Part shown: piece by piece, positions 25,420 to 38,741 of the stretch
How the letters are laid out: every line of letters starts with the position of its first letter
Numbering within the stretch: position 1 is the first letter of the stretch
Assembly (NCBI GenBank): GCA_951406725.2
Contig: OX597822.1
Span: 4,960,001 to 5,024,000, forward strand
Reading direction: 5' to 3'
DNA from: Octopus vulgaris
Lineage: Eukaryota
DNA length: 64,000 bases
Notes under the pieces: model-generated
The model's database searches: none
Seen by the model: the letters and a program-made list of their open reading frames with translations, nothing else
Told to the model about the DNA's origin: nothing
Made by a program: the position numbers and the translations under genes

Positions 25420-25648
25420 TTAACCCTTTCGTTACCAACCTGGCTGAAAGCGGCTCTGACTCTTTAGCACAAATGTCTGGTTTTCAAAATTTCTGAATTA
25501 AAACCTTCCACCAAACCTTAGTCACAATTTATGTCCCTAACTCTAGCTTAATGATAACGATGTTATTTTACTTAATTCTTTGTTATATTTAACATAATTG
25601 GAAGAAACACTGAGCATCTCAAAATAAATTCAGTAACAAAAGGGTTAA
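25420..25648. mobile_element. TTAA-flanked (piggyBac-like) MITE, second family
   Basis: TTAA-ccctttcgttac ... gtaacaaaaggg-TTAA. A decayed inverted relative lies at 56715-56944. Confidence 0.8.
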
Positions 25649-27377
25649 GTAAACTAGTTCTTGCATATTTGAGCATCAATGCAAATAGATATTCTGTATA
25701 TAAGTGTTTAAGTATATTTATAACTAAACATATAATCCTGTTTGGGTTACATTTATCAATATATGTCCATAATTATTAATATTGTATTCCATGATATTGT
25801 CCTGATGATTTATTGACTGAAATGTGCTCCTTTATATAATAACTGTTACAATATAAGATACAAAGTTACTATACAAGATACAAAATTTATAACTAATGTA
25901 ACTATTAAACTTGAGCTAGATGGATATGTCTTTCAAGATAACGGGGAAATGTTGAAGTTCTTCATATACCCCTTCAGCACATCCCTAAATCACAACCTCT
26001 AGCTACCACGGTTCCTCCTACTCTGATGCAGTTCAAACTAGAAAACTGCATTGGGTGCCTCTTGCCCACAATTCTGCAAACATATTCTGCCCAGTGTAAA
26101 GTAATGAGGGCCTTCACACTAACTGTGCCACCAGAGCACAGGACCTCTACATCAAGAATGTGATCTACCATCTGATAGGCAAGATGGAGCACAAATGATG
26201 AAGTTAGACTTGTGTCAGGGCCTTGATGTACCTGCACTAGAGAGCCATGCATTCCTATGATGGACAGCCAACAATGACAATGAGATATATGATGTTGACA
26301 TCACATGGTTTCACTTTGGTAGAACAGTGACTGATATTTACATTTATGACTAGTTGCTCAGCTCTTTGGGGGATTTATGGAATGAAAAATCCGTTACTTG
26401 AAAAACAGGTAAGGGTTAGCAAAAGAACGTATATCTGGCTTTAAAACCAAGCCTCAAATACATACCTATCCAAATCTATACTAGCATAGGAAAGCAGTAA
26501 TTAAATAAACAAACTAAATGGGTTAACATAATAAACTATATACTAGTTTGTTGATGCTACTCTGGGTGGTGAACTAGCACAGCTTTTTAGGAAAACCTTA
26601 GACAAGATGAATCTACAGATTAAAGAAGTAGAAAGGCTAGGGACTCCCATAAAAACCCGGATCTATAGAACATATCCATTTGGGAAAACCTCATGTACAG
26701 ATAGCAGCTGTATAGGATGAAGCCACAGGTAAAAAGGAAGATTATGAATGTAGTTTATAGTATAAGGTGTACTGAGGGATGGTGCAGAAACAGAGCAGTG
26801 ACATACATTGGGGAAACAACATGTAGCATAGGTGAGTGGATAGGTGCACACTGATGGGAGTTCAAGGAGGAGAAAAGCTCCAACATGCTCAATTAGAACA
26901 TGAAGCGTTGGTTAATAACATAGATGTTAAAATGTTATTAACACATAGAACAGACAGGACCCTAAGACAGATTACAGAGACCACACACATAGCAATAGAT
27001 AGACTGAGCCTCAACAGAAAACATGAATAGAATAACACCCCTCCACTCCACCATCCTATGCGATGTGACGAGTAAAGACAGAATGAGAGAAGAAAAAAAG
27101 AGACACAGATACAAATAGTATAACACATAAACCCATACACACTCACACAACACAGTAGAGATAAGGATACACACCACAGAAAGACAAAATGGACTAAGAA
27201 AAACAAGAGGGGACATGTGGGATAAGGAGTTAATGCAGAGGTGACAGGATGTATGACGAAAGAGCTTTGACAAAGAAACAATAATAATAATAATAATAAT
27301 AATAAAGCTGAAGTAAAGATCAAACATATAGTGTGTGAGTTTAAATGGCAAAATATGACCACCCCCAAGTATAACAA

Positions 27378-27451
<74 letters not shown>

Positions 27452-27461
27452 CATATATATA

Positions 27462-28576
27462 TTGGGTCATCCCATAAATAATGCAATTTTTTAAATATTT
27501 CTCTTATTTTAAAAAATTAAGATAAACAAAGTTCTTTTTTAATCTAAAGTGTACTCTCTTTCATTTTCTATAATGCTCTTCCATCTAATATGGCGAATAT
27601 GGTGGGTGGGTCATCGTTTCCCATTCAAACTGCTCCAGCCTTTGAAATGTCATCCTCACTGTAAGTGACTGAGCATTATCCTGATGGAAGAACATGCTTC
27701 ATCTTGAAACCCAAGATAATTGCTTTTCTTCTAGCGCTGACTTAAGCCGATCAAGCTGCTCACAGCAGATCTCCTTTGTTATCATTTGGTTTGGGTTTAA
27801 TGGTTCAAAGTGGACTAAACCTTTCATATCCCACCAAACAGATAACAACACCTTCTGTAGCCTGGGTGCTGGTGTTTCTCCTTTCCCTACCCACTGTCAT
27901 CTGGGCTTGACATTAGAGGACCCAATTCTCATTACTATTCAGTCAAAAAAAGATTCATTCATGAGGCATGACATCAAAGAAGAGTACACATTCACTCTCT
28001 GAGCGCAATTAGACTCGGAAAGTTTGTGAGGAACCCATTGATCCAATCTGTTGACTTTTCCAATGGCATGCAGGTGTCGATGAATGGTTGAATGACCAAA
28101 TCCAAGCTTCTCTGCTAGTTCCTCAACAGTTATGATAGGATTTTGTTCCACTAGGGTTTGTAGGATATCCCCGTGAAGCTCTACAGATCTTTCAGGATGA
28201 GGGTCATCTCTTAGGCTGTAGTTTCCAGCTCAAAATTTCTGGAATTACTGTTGATGCTAGCTTACACTTATTGCCTGATCCCTATATACTGCATTAATAT
28301 TCCTTGCACTTTCCATTGCGTTGTTTTCTTTATTGAACTCTCAAAGCAAAATATGTCAAATATGCTCCTCTGTCACTTCCATTATGGCTTTGAAAAAATA
28401 ACTGTTAAAATCAAACTGCACTCTTCAAAACTTGCACTAAGAATAAGTACAAGGTAAAATTACTTCGTGCTTCTATAGCAAGTAGATGCAGGTAGTTTAT
28501 CCCCTCCCCTCCAACATTTAGTTCATGCAATTGAAAAAAAAACTGCATTATTTATAGGATTTATAGGATGACCCAA
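27462..28576 (-). mobile_element. Decayed mariner DNA transposon with transposase pseudogene
   Basis: TA-ttgggtcatcccataaataatgc ... gcattatttataggat(ttataggat)gacccaa-TA TIRs. The minus strand encodes the HTH ELAEKLGFGHSTIHRHL, WVPHKL, FHQDNA and HPPYSP. The region between YSP and the terminal RW is deleted. Confidence 0.92.
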
Positions 28577-28589
28577 TATATATATATAC

Positions 28590-28850
28590 AGGGTGTTGCA
28601 CTCATGATTGTGAGATTGTGATTTCAATTACTGGACTGGGTGGTATGTTGTGTTCTTGAGCAAAACAACTTCATCTCGCATTGCTCTGAGGTCACTTTGA
28701 CGCCTGACACATGGTGCACTGTGCAGCTGTTCAGGTAACATTAATTTGAAAGAGGGAGGAAGTGAGCTAATGTAAAGTACACATGTTTGTTCACTATAAG
28801 CAAAGCATTTGTGCAGGTTGCTTAGCAAGAAATTGCAGAAGTGTCTTTCT
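28590..28850 (+). mobile_element. Degenerate tRNA-derived SINE with CORE-like segment
   Basis: ...gatttcaattactggactgg...ttgtgttcttgagcaaaacaacttcat, similar to the head of 58565-58885. Confidence 0.5.
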
Positions 28851-28884
28851 GAGACCATGAGACACTATTGTCATCACACACACA

Positions 28885-29275
28885 CATCATCGTTTAGCGT
28901 CCGCTTTCCATGCTAGCATGGGTTGGACGGTTCAACTGGGGTCTAGGAAGCCAGAAGGCTGCACCAGGCCCAGTTTGATCTGGCAATGTTTCTACGGCTG
29001 GATGCCCTTCCTAATGCCAACCATTCCATGAGTGTAGTGGGTGCTTTTTATGTGCCACCGGCATGGGGGCCAGGCGAGGCTGGCAAATGGCTACGATCGG
29101 ATGGTGCTTTTTATGTGCCACCGGCATGGGGGCCAGGCGAGGCTGGCAAATGGCCACGATCGGATGGTGCTTTTTATGTGCCACCGGCACGGGGGCCAGG
29201 CGAGGCTGGCAATGGCCACAAACGGATGGTGCTTTTTACATGCCACTGGCACAGGGGCCAGGCGAGGCTGGCCAC
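28885..29275 (-). mobile_element. Family C retroposon with about 4 tandem 63-bp units
   Basis: Family C tail, then repeats of ggtgctttttatgtgccaccggcatgggggccaggcgaggctggcaaatggccacgatcggat (29039-29275). Confidence 0.9.
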
Positions 29276-30010
29276 ATATATATATATATATATATATATG
29301 AGGATTACATTTAGGTTGGTTCTTACTTAATAAGTTGATAATTTAATATGATATGCCATAGATTTGTTGCCTCTAAAAATTAATATTTAAAATTGCAAGC
29401 AGCCTGAGCAGGCAAACCTATATATATTTCAGTTTCGATATAACACAGTATTCTGACTAAATATATCTTTTTCAATGTAGCCAATTTCTCTCTCCATTAT
29501 TGATATTTAAATAATGCACCTGTTATTAAATAATGTAAATTTGCAATATAGTCTGGCAGTCTGCATGTAAATAATTAATCTGCTATTTTTAATCAAACTA
29601 GTTTATGTTGCAACACTAATTAAAGCATTTTCCCCCCATCTAACCAGTTCAGCTGTACTATTAATCTATAGTTAATTTTACTTTGGCTATCTGGTTTCAT
29701 ATTGCCAATTAATATCTTAGCTACAAGCTAACCAGTTCATCAAGTATTACTGCATAATATACATGCATTTTCATTCATTTACCTGAATTAGTAATTAAAG
29801 TAAGAAAATGGAGTTAGCGGAAGTAGTAGAGTGTTAGTTAGCCGAGACGCTTTAGAGTAGCTTGTTCAGTACCTCATTGTTTTTGAGTTCAAATCAACAT
29901 TATGATACATTCTTCTTTAATAAAGGTTAAAAACATTGGTACCAAGATCAAAAATGATTGAGTTAATTCCACTCTCAGATACATTTAAGTTTTAGACTGT
30001 TAGTCTAAAC

Positions 30011-30331
30011 CAGGGGTTGTCAAACATTTTTTACCTATGGACCCCTCTGATTGCTATTTTATTCTGGTGGACCTCTCCATAACCATTTGTTGTTTAGAAA
30101 CTAGTTTTATAGAAACTCTTTTCAAAATTCCTAATTTGTTTTTTACACATTAACTTGTGTAGGTTGAACTATGTAAAATGCAAGAGAAAGAATCCTAGCT
30201 GTTTCTTACGATATGTATATCTAGAGCAAAATTTCTTCAGGGGCTCTTAAAATATTATTGTGGATCCCCAATTTACTATTTTGTCGTGCGGACCCCTAAA
30301 ATCTTATATGGACCCTTGTTGAGAATCACTG
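30011..30331. mobile_element. hAT (Charlie-like) MITE
   Basis: caggggttgtcaa ... ttgagaatcactg TIR-like ends, 8-bp TSD gtctaaac/gtctagac, and repeated tggaccc subterminal motifs. Confidence 0.85.
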
Positions 30332-32263
30332 GTCTAGACAAATATATAGATACAACAGAATGTAACATATGGCAGAGAGAGACAAAGACAATCACTGGAA
30401 ATTGTGAAGTTAGATCTCAGAATGTTTGGTCTCTCAAATTAACTTGAGATTGTATATCCCAACGTTAATATGTATAAATAGGTGTTAAATCATGTAGATA
30501 ATTTAATCTTATATATCCTATTTCATATGTAACATATCTATTCTTCAATATAAGTATTGTAGTTTATTATCACACAGAGTATAGTAAAGGGAACAATAAT
30601 ATACAAGCTCATCTAATATTTTTTTAGTAACCAGTGAAAAACTATCAGGGGAAATGAAGTGGACAAATAAGAATAAATAAAACATAATTTTAGTTTTACA
30701 TTGTAAGGATGATTTAGAGTGTTCAATATTCTGGGCAGTACTCCTTTATTGAGAAAAGGGAAAAAAAGAACACCGTAAGAAGAGCAATATAGATGTTTTG
30801 AATAACGTCAAACTGTAAAACTAATAACTATATATATATAAACACACATACATATACAAATATAGATATATATAGGGATGTATAATGTGTGTATGGTATA
30901 TAGTCCACCATTTCTTTTTTCTGCTTGTGTTATTTTGCCCTCAATGCTTTTTCAATGGATTACCTATCACAGAAACACAGGCAACATTGTAGATTATCAG
31001 ATTACACTGGATCTATTATTATGATAGTTCTAATTTCACTATTATGAGTATTTCAAAATAGCCAGCTTACATTGATATAACTAATGTATTTCTGTTTTCA
31101 TTCATTCAACTAGAAGAATGCTAATGCTATTTACTTCAAGGATAAATAACACAACTGTATTAAATGCAGACATCCTCTGAAAAGTTCAAAACTCCACGAC
31201 ACATACATGAAAAGTCTGCAGTAGAAAATCACAATTAGAGTATTGCCAAGATTTAAAATATGTCTGAGTTCTTCTTTAATACACCAACAAAGCTGTGTTA
31301 GCTGGCAAGTTCTTAAGACTGTATACAATACCATTTTCACATTTCAAATAGTAAGCCACAATTGTAAATTCTAACATGCACATTTTATCTTAACTCTGCC
31401 TCTTCTAATAAAACTGACAGACCTTTCTGCAAACTGTTGATCATGCTCCTACTTCGTTTGTGATCACTCATTTAACTCATCTCTTTGATTTTAGTCATAA
31501 TAATTTATGATGTGTCCCAGTCTCTTTGATCCTTGCACAAAATGTTCCTCAGAAACAATCCCCTTCCTATATACCTTAAAGACTGTAAGCTGCTCCCTAT
31601 GCATACTCTTATATCCTCATCTTATTGCTAATCTTCTTCAGTCTGAAAAGAAGCCTCAAGTACCTGTGATTAACAATGTAATAAAAATAATCTTCTTCTT
31701 AACATTTTCCCAATGAAACAAAAACCAGGTTACATACACCCCTTCAACTACCATAGGTTAGACTAGTAATTTGCCTATTTCACTATCATTCATTTAGTGT
31801 GCTTATTTCAATATAACTATCTTTCAAATAATAATCTTACTAAACTTCATATGACTAAATTGATAACTCCACTGAATATCTCATTGTAATAAGTCCAGCT
31901 ACACTAATCTGACTATTCCATATATAAACACTTGCTAAACTGTACTAACATTAGTACACTATTATTATCAGATGAAGAATGGTTGGAAAACATACAATTG
32001 AGATATAGAAAATTCTTTCATTCAATTATATAACCAGTACAGAATTACCAAATCTGGCAACAGATCTTTAATGAAGCCATTTAAAATAAATGAAGCTCCT
32101 TATAGAATGAAGATCAAAGTTGAAAATACTGTTACCAAGAGAGAATACCAAAAGAAGATAAAATATTAACATATTGCAGACACACCTGCAAATGTGTGTG
32201 TATGTGTGTGTATGTGTGTGTGTGTGTGTGTGTATCAGTACATATGTATAGACATACACACAC

Positions 32264-32477
32264 TTAACCCTCGTTTCTGTCTGATTAATTTTTACTGAGG
32301 TCTCTACTACTATCTGTTTGAATACTTATGTGAAACTTTATAAATTCATAGTCTAAATACATGTACACGTATTTTCAATGTAAACAGACTATGAAATAAT
32401 GATAAGGTTTCACTTAAGTATTCAAACAGAAAGTATTAGACCTCAGTAAAAATTAATCAGACATAAATGAAGGTTAA
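32264..32477. mobile_element. Fold-back TTAA MITE
   Basis: ttaaccctcgtttctgtctgattaatttttactgaggtct ... agacctcagtaaaaattaatcagacataaatgaaggttaa. Arms of about 90 bp. Confidence 0.85.
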
Positions 32478-33235
32478 GAAATAGATCATGTGATACTAAA
32501 CACACACACACAACAGGTCCTACAAATATTTCCACATGTGTCTATGCATACTCAGCTTCTTAATGTTTTCATATGGATAAACATAAACATACATGCATGT
32601 GTGTGAGAGAGAGAGAGAGTATATTATATGTATGAGAACTAATGTAAGAAAGAAGTTGATACATATGAATGGTGAGCATATAATTTTTATTTTCAATGAG
32701 CATCCAATGTCTTACTTATGTTTCATACCTAGCAATTTTTCTGAGGAGCTATATATTTAATACAGTGGGCTGTATATGCAGAGACAAGCTCAAACACACA
32801 TACATGCACCTACATGCATATGCAACACACATAATTAGAAAATATGTTTATCAGACTATAACTTAGACGTTTCAGTACTAGTAGCTCATCAGACAGATTT
32901 GCATCCTGTGCTGATGATACAGTATAATCACAATCACTGTATTTCTTTTATATGTATATTTAAACTCTACTCATATACTGTGTTCTTCTTTGGTGGTTGT
33001 CACTTAGTTTTAGTCTTATTTATTAAAAATACTATCCTATATTTTCAGTAGTTCATATATCTCAAAGAGAAGCACACTTTAAAGTATTAGAGCAGTAATA
33101 TATCTTCTAAATGTTATGACTGGTTGGCTGGTCATAGAGTGACCATTGGTTTCACACCTACAAAGCACTTAGTAGTATAGGTGACTTACCAGAATGTCTC
33201 ATCTGCTAACTTTCTAACAACATATATATATATAT

Positions 33236-33284
<49 letters not shown>

Positions 33285-33886
33285 TACATGTACTTAATCA
33301 TAGAAATTGTCAACAGTTTTGACATCAGCTTTCCATGCTGGCTTGATTTAAATGGTTTGTCATGAGCTTCAGTAGTTCTTATTTTGAGTTACTGTCCTTG
33401 TAGATGGGTGAGAGAAACAAATGTAACTCATACGTTTCATATTTTTCATGGTTTTTATGGCTTGTATGACCTCCAAACAACAATCTCTTTAAATAATGTA
33501 CTGTGTGCAATTTATGATAATGGTACCACTAGAGTAATTGTCACGTTCTTGTCAGAACCAAAGAGCTCTCTTGAGCACACACACATGCATGCACTTCTTA
33601 GATGTTGAGAATATTATTGTATTACATTAAATTCAATATGATTCATTACAAATGACCATATGTTTCACTCTATACAAGCTTTTCAAATGAATGAAATATT
33701 AGTTCCAATGATGGAATATACAACTAAATATGGGATAGGATAAATGAGTACTTGGATTTTCTAAATATAGAAAATGCACGTATGCACAAACATAACATTC
33801 CCTAAGCTAAACTGATACTCCATTCATCTAAAAAGCTATTATATATCAAAACATAGCAATCTGCAACAAATCACATTTATTTTAGC

Positions 33887-33919
<33 letters not shown>

Positions 33920-33922
<3 letters not shown>

Positions 33923-34151
33923 ATTTCTTTACTACCCACAAGCGGCTAAACACAGAGGGGACAAACAACGACAGACATAGGTATTAAGTCGATTACATCG
34001 ACCCCAGTGCGTAACTGGTACTTAATTTATCGCCCCCGAAAGGATGAAAGGTAAAGTCGACCTCGGCAGAATTTGAACTCACAACGTAACGGCAGACGAA
34101 TACGGCTACGCATTTCGCCCGGCGCGCTAACGTTTCTGCCAGCTCGCCGCC
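33920..34151 (-). mobile_element. SINE family B (young)
   Basis: CpG-rich full-length copy inside (TA)n. Confidence 0.9.
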
Positions 34152-34743
34152 GTATATATATATATACCTACCTACCTACCTACCTACCTACATACATACA
34201 TACATACAAACACAGACACACACACATATATATATATGTATATTCATATGAGGATATGTGTGTATGCTAGTGTTTTACCTCACTGTACTGATTTCTGTAG
34301 AACCAATAGCAATATATATATTTCAGTTTTATTTCTCAACAGTCCATCACTTCAATGTACAAGACTCTATACAAGCAACAACATTTTTCCACCTAATTTG
34401 CATTTGTTAGCATTCTTTCTTTGTGTGAAGTCACTTGTACAAAGCACATACATTTATGGCAAAGTACATTTCTAATCTATAGCACATAAACCTATAAACT
34501 AGTAAGTAGCTTAGAAGACATATAGACATATTTTCACCATTTTGAATCACTCATCATTGGTTAGACTTTAACAATAACACAAAGACATATATATGTATAT
34601 ATACACAGATGCATAAGTAAATGTTTTTGCAATTACATCTCCACCCCCACCCCCACCACACACACACAACCAATGCCAGCATGGAAAAATGGATGTAAAA
34701 GCAATGGAATATATACAAGTATGTGAGTGTATATAAGTAAACC

Positions 34744-34776
<33 letters not shown>

Positions 34777-34777
34777 A

Positions 34778-34926
34778 ATTAACTATTGCTTAACCATTTT
34801 CTCACATCGTCTCCGATGAAGGGATATAATAAATATTCTGGAAACGGTTGTAAGATCTTCTATTTATAAATGTTCTAAAATCTTCACAACCTTGGTTTTT
34901 TTTTTTATCTCATTCTGAAAAAAAAT

Positions 34927-34930
<4 letters not shown>
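34778..34930 (+). mobile_element. Short Penelope-like terminal element with variant hammerhead (34810-34855)
   Basis: tct-CCGATGA-ag-ggatat aataa atattc-tg-GAAA-cggttg-TA-aga. Lies between (TATC)n and (TA)n. Confidence 0.55.
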
Positions 34931-34962
<32 letters not shown>

Positions 34963-35173
34963 AAGAGAGAGAGAGAGAAAGAGGCAAAGACAAGGAAAAT
35001 GCCACTTGCATTTAAACACTATGCAAAAATATTCTTTTAAAAAACTTTTCTTTTAATTTTACCCAAATTTAATTGTTTTCCATACTTACAGTTGAAAAAG
35101 TTTCAATGACTAAAAGCAGTACTGAAATATTTTTTAGAAAGTTATTTTAGCATTTTCTATCTTTACTTTTTTT

Positions 35174-35256
<83 letters not shown>

Positions 35257-35362
35257 CATACATACACACATATACACATATACAGACACACATCAAGAAT
35301 ATTTCCCCACAATATTGATATTACACAGTCCATGTGTCTGAAAGTGTTTCAAACTGACTTAC

Positions 35363-35436
35363 CGTAAATGCTGTTCATAATTCCGGGGCCGATCAAGTTC
35401 TGCAAGAATTTTTTCACGAATACCGTCCCAGTACCC
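35363..35436 (-). CDS. Isolated internal coding exon of an unidentified host gene (GYWDGIREKILAELDRPRNYEQHL+R)
   Basis: The minus strand reads acceptor tatgttattttcag|GGGTACTGG...CATTTACG|gtaagtc donor. It is 74 bp of non-repetitive, CpG-retaining sequence. Frame 0 is open with mostly A/T third positions. A second frame (GTGTVFVKKFLQNLIGPGIMNSIY) is also open. Protein family not recognised. Confidence 0.75.
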
Positions 35437-36183
35437 CTGAAAATAACATAGAAAAATGATTTTATGGATGATATATTTAAATTTTTCTAATGCTTTCTGA
35501 AACAATAAATGCATGTAGATGCTATTGTACTGAAAAGGTAGACTACACAGTTTAAACATTAGCAGTTTTTTGTAGTTTAATTAGATGTGGAACGGTAGAG
35601 CCCATAACATTTTGCAAGGCTTTCAAAATTGGTTGGGTGTAAAGAAAAAAATGGACTATGGCTCACAGGATATCCCTCAGGCTGGAGACCTGATCTGTGT
35701 GTCTTAAATGGAATGGACTCCACTGATGGTCAGATAGCATCCATCTGCTGCACTCACATAGCATCTGTTAAGTCAGTTTCATTCGCAATGCTAGAGTCAA
35801 TCTGGACTTTAAGGAGAAGAAACTTGCTCAAGGTGCTGCATAATGGGATTGAAACTGGAACAACCATGATTACAAAAACTTCCTAATGACATAGTCATGA
35901 CTGTGAGATTACATTAGGATAAAAGAGTACAATGAAGGCAAAGAAAGAGCTTCAACTTCCCATAATAAAAGTCAAGTCTAACAATTTCAAACAACTTACG
36001 ATATTTTATTGTAACAGAACCTATAACACTCAAGTCAAAGAGGGAGCTTCTAAGTGACTCTTTGACCTGTAAAAATAGTAGCCAAATTTTCCTGAAATCA
36101 CATCTTAAATAAAGGACATATTGTATGTGCAAATTGTAAGTGCCAATGTTAGAGCCTCTTCAAGATCATTCAGTTAAATCTTC

Positions 36184-36411
36184 TTAAACCTTTTAGCATT
36201 CAAATTTCCGTGTCCAGTATAACATTTATTTATTCATCCTGTTTTCAATAATGTATGCATTACCTAATAGCTTTGAGATTTCAATAATGTGATTGTTTAT
36301 ATTTACAATAATGTCGTAAGGTAAATGTGAGAGGTTGAATCTGGCCAGTGTGAACATAAAAGAAGTAGAATAGTTGGGCTGGATTGGCTTATTTAAATGC
36401 AATAGGGATAA
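36184..36411. mobile_element. TTAA MITE, decayed relative of 340-961
   Basis: ttaaaccttttagcatt ... aatgcaatagggataa. Internal gtgagaggttgaatctggccag corresponds to the reverse complement of ccaggatttggcctctcac. Confidence 0.6.
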
Positions 36412-36769
36412 GCTACACACAGCAGTCCAACAGTTTTATAAAAAATAAGGCAAAGTATAAGGTAGTACCACAAATGTTATATCTGAATATAAGCTCAGAT
36501 GATAAAGGATGGAATGCTATTGATAAAATGCCTCTCAAATCAAGGCTAGTTTGGGATTAAATAACAACAGTAACTTATAATGTATCTTTGTTCAGTACTG
36601 TTTCTATATCCCTTTCTTTCCCCACTGAACCTAATAATTTTATCATCTTGTCTAACATCCCCATGTCATAACTGTTTCTTTTGCCCAACTTATACTAAAT
36701 ATATTTATTAACCTTTCTTTCTTTGTCACTAGATCTGTCTGGAACTGCTAACCTTAAATCTCTAATTAC

Positions 36770-37275
36770 TAAACTGGACACAGATTCACCTTCACAAATT
36801 GGACATCAAAACAAATTGTTTAACCTTAACTATTAACTTGATGTTAACAGCACACAGTGATCCACTCTCATTACATAGGCAATGACCACAAATACTGAGA
36901 CACCTTTATAAAGTGGACATTAACAACTGATACTGACCCACTCTCATAAAGCATGCTTTAAACCCATGTTTTGGCTCACTTTTACAAATTTGACATTAAT
37001 CCTAGATGTTGCTGCAATTTCACAAACAGGGTGTTAACCCCAGAGACTGATCCACCTTTATAAAGTGGTCGTTAAACCTAGGCAATGTCTATCTTCATAA
37101 AGTGGACACTGATCAGACATGGACATTAATACCAAATGATTTGTAAAGTGGACATTAACCATAAGTATTGATTTGTCTTAAACTGATCACAAGCCATGAA
37201 TATTGATTCATTTCTAATAACTGGACATTAACCCATACATTGACTACCTTTAAGTATGTATTAAACTCAGGCAAT
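36770..37275. repeat. Highly diverged minisatellite with a period of about 38 bp
   Basis: Successive 38-bp units, e.g. ataaagtggacattaacaactgatactgacccactctc and acaaacagggtgttaaccccagagactgatccaccttt. Confidence 0.7.
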
Positions 37276-38084
37276 GATTTAATCAATAAACAACAACTCA
37301 ATGAGGTAGTCTGTATACAGTCACTTGGCCTGCAAGAAATAGCAGTTGAGTTTCCTTTAAATCACATTATTCCATTTAAAACCAAGGACATATTGAATAA
37401 TGTGGTCTTTGATGTCCTACATCTGAATAAAAGATGAGATGGTTACAGTTAAGATGTCTTTGATCATAAGTCTGTTCAAGAAGTACTGACCTGAGGTCAG
37501 ACAACTATACAGTTAATGAATAAAACTGAAATTAGCAGTTAAACTAGTTATAGTGAAATGAGTATTAGTTAGTGATAGGAGGGAAGCAATAAAGAGAAAA
37601 GCAGGTGAACATCAATTAGCAACCAAAAGCAAGACAGATTAAGTTTTAGAAGTGAAAAAACAAGAGTTGAATTTACAATATGAATTTGTATGACAAAAGA
37701 GTTGCGAAAATTGTGTGACTAAAAGCTAACAGCTAAGATTTTAATGAGAAAATTCCCTTCAGAGATTCATTGTCAAAAATAGAATTACACAATTGTGACT
37801 TTTGTCAAGTATCTTTAGATATTCTTCAGAGATTAATAAAGTAATTTACAGTATACACAACAAAATCAAGTACGTCAGTATAGCAAGTAATTACCAATAT
37901 CATTCTGTTTTATGTTCATTGTATGCAAGCACTGTGCACATAGTCATAACCATATCTATCTGTATCTATTCAAACACACAGACATACATAAATTTTCAGA
38001 CAAGAGATTTCAAATTAAACCTTCAGACACCAGACCACTTCAGACGAATTATACAGTGCTATGACTATGAAGAATTGCCATTGT

Positions 38085-38290
38085 GTGAAAGAGAGAAAAC
38101 TGTGCTGGTATGGTCATATGATGTGAATGGATGAGGAGTGTTGATAGCTAAATGTGAAAGGAACCAGTGAAAGAGGAAGACTTAGGAAGATGTTGGCTGA
38201 GATGGTGAAGATTGACCAAGATGTTGAGCCTCTCAAAGGGCATGGCAGGGAAACTGAGATGAATGGTGATATGCTGTTCATCTTAGCAGA
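38085..38290 (+). mobile_element. RTE-clade LINE 3' remnant
   Basis: ERKLCWYGHMM*MDEE...GTSERGRLRKMLAEMVKID, homologous to 19660-20095. Confidence 0.65.
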
Positions 38291-38741
38291 CTTGTTCATC
38301 TTAGCAGAATTGAGGTCTTATCAGACTTTCCCCAACAACTTATCTTCTAACACACAGTTTTCGATAACTCTTCTGTCATCCTATACTCTTCACTCTTCCC
38401 TCGGCTGAATTAATATTCTCTGCACCCAAGTTTTATCTCTAAACATTTGCCACACCTTCTCCACTCAGGGCACTTACCTACACATCTACATTTTCTGTCT
38501 CATATTAACCTTGTACTTGGGCCTCACATCACATTCTCTCTCTCTCTCTCTCTTTCTCCCTCAAGGTGGGTAAGTCATATATTCACCTCTTCAGCAAGAC
38601 ACCTGCTCCTTGTCTCTCTATCATTGTTTGTTATCCCTTCATTCTATACCCCACTAAGTTGAGGGACCTTATCTTGCACTTACATACACACCCTTTGTAG
38701 GAAGAATTTTTCATTTTATTAATAGTTGTTTAATTACTAGA

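Noticed and set aside
25795-25832. CTGATGA...GAAA hammerhead-like spacing (also CTGATGA near 13706 and 59820)
   Set aside because: No credible stems I-III.
25950-26900. GC-richer blocks that may be old retroelement coding remnants
   Set aside because: No diagnostic motif could be read, so left unassigned.
33183-33210. Possible 13-nt microexon (cag|ATGAGACATTCTG|gtaagtc, minus strand)
   Set aside because: No polypyrimidine tract, and such motif pairs are expected by chance in 64 kb.
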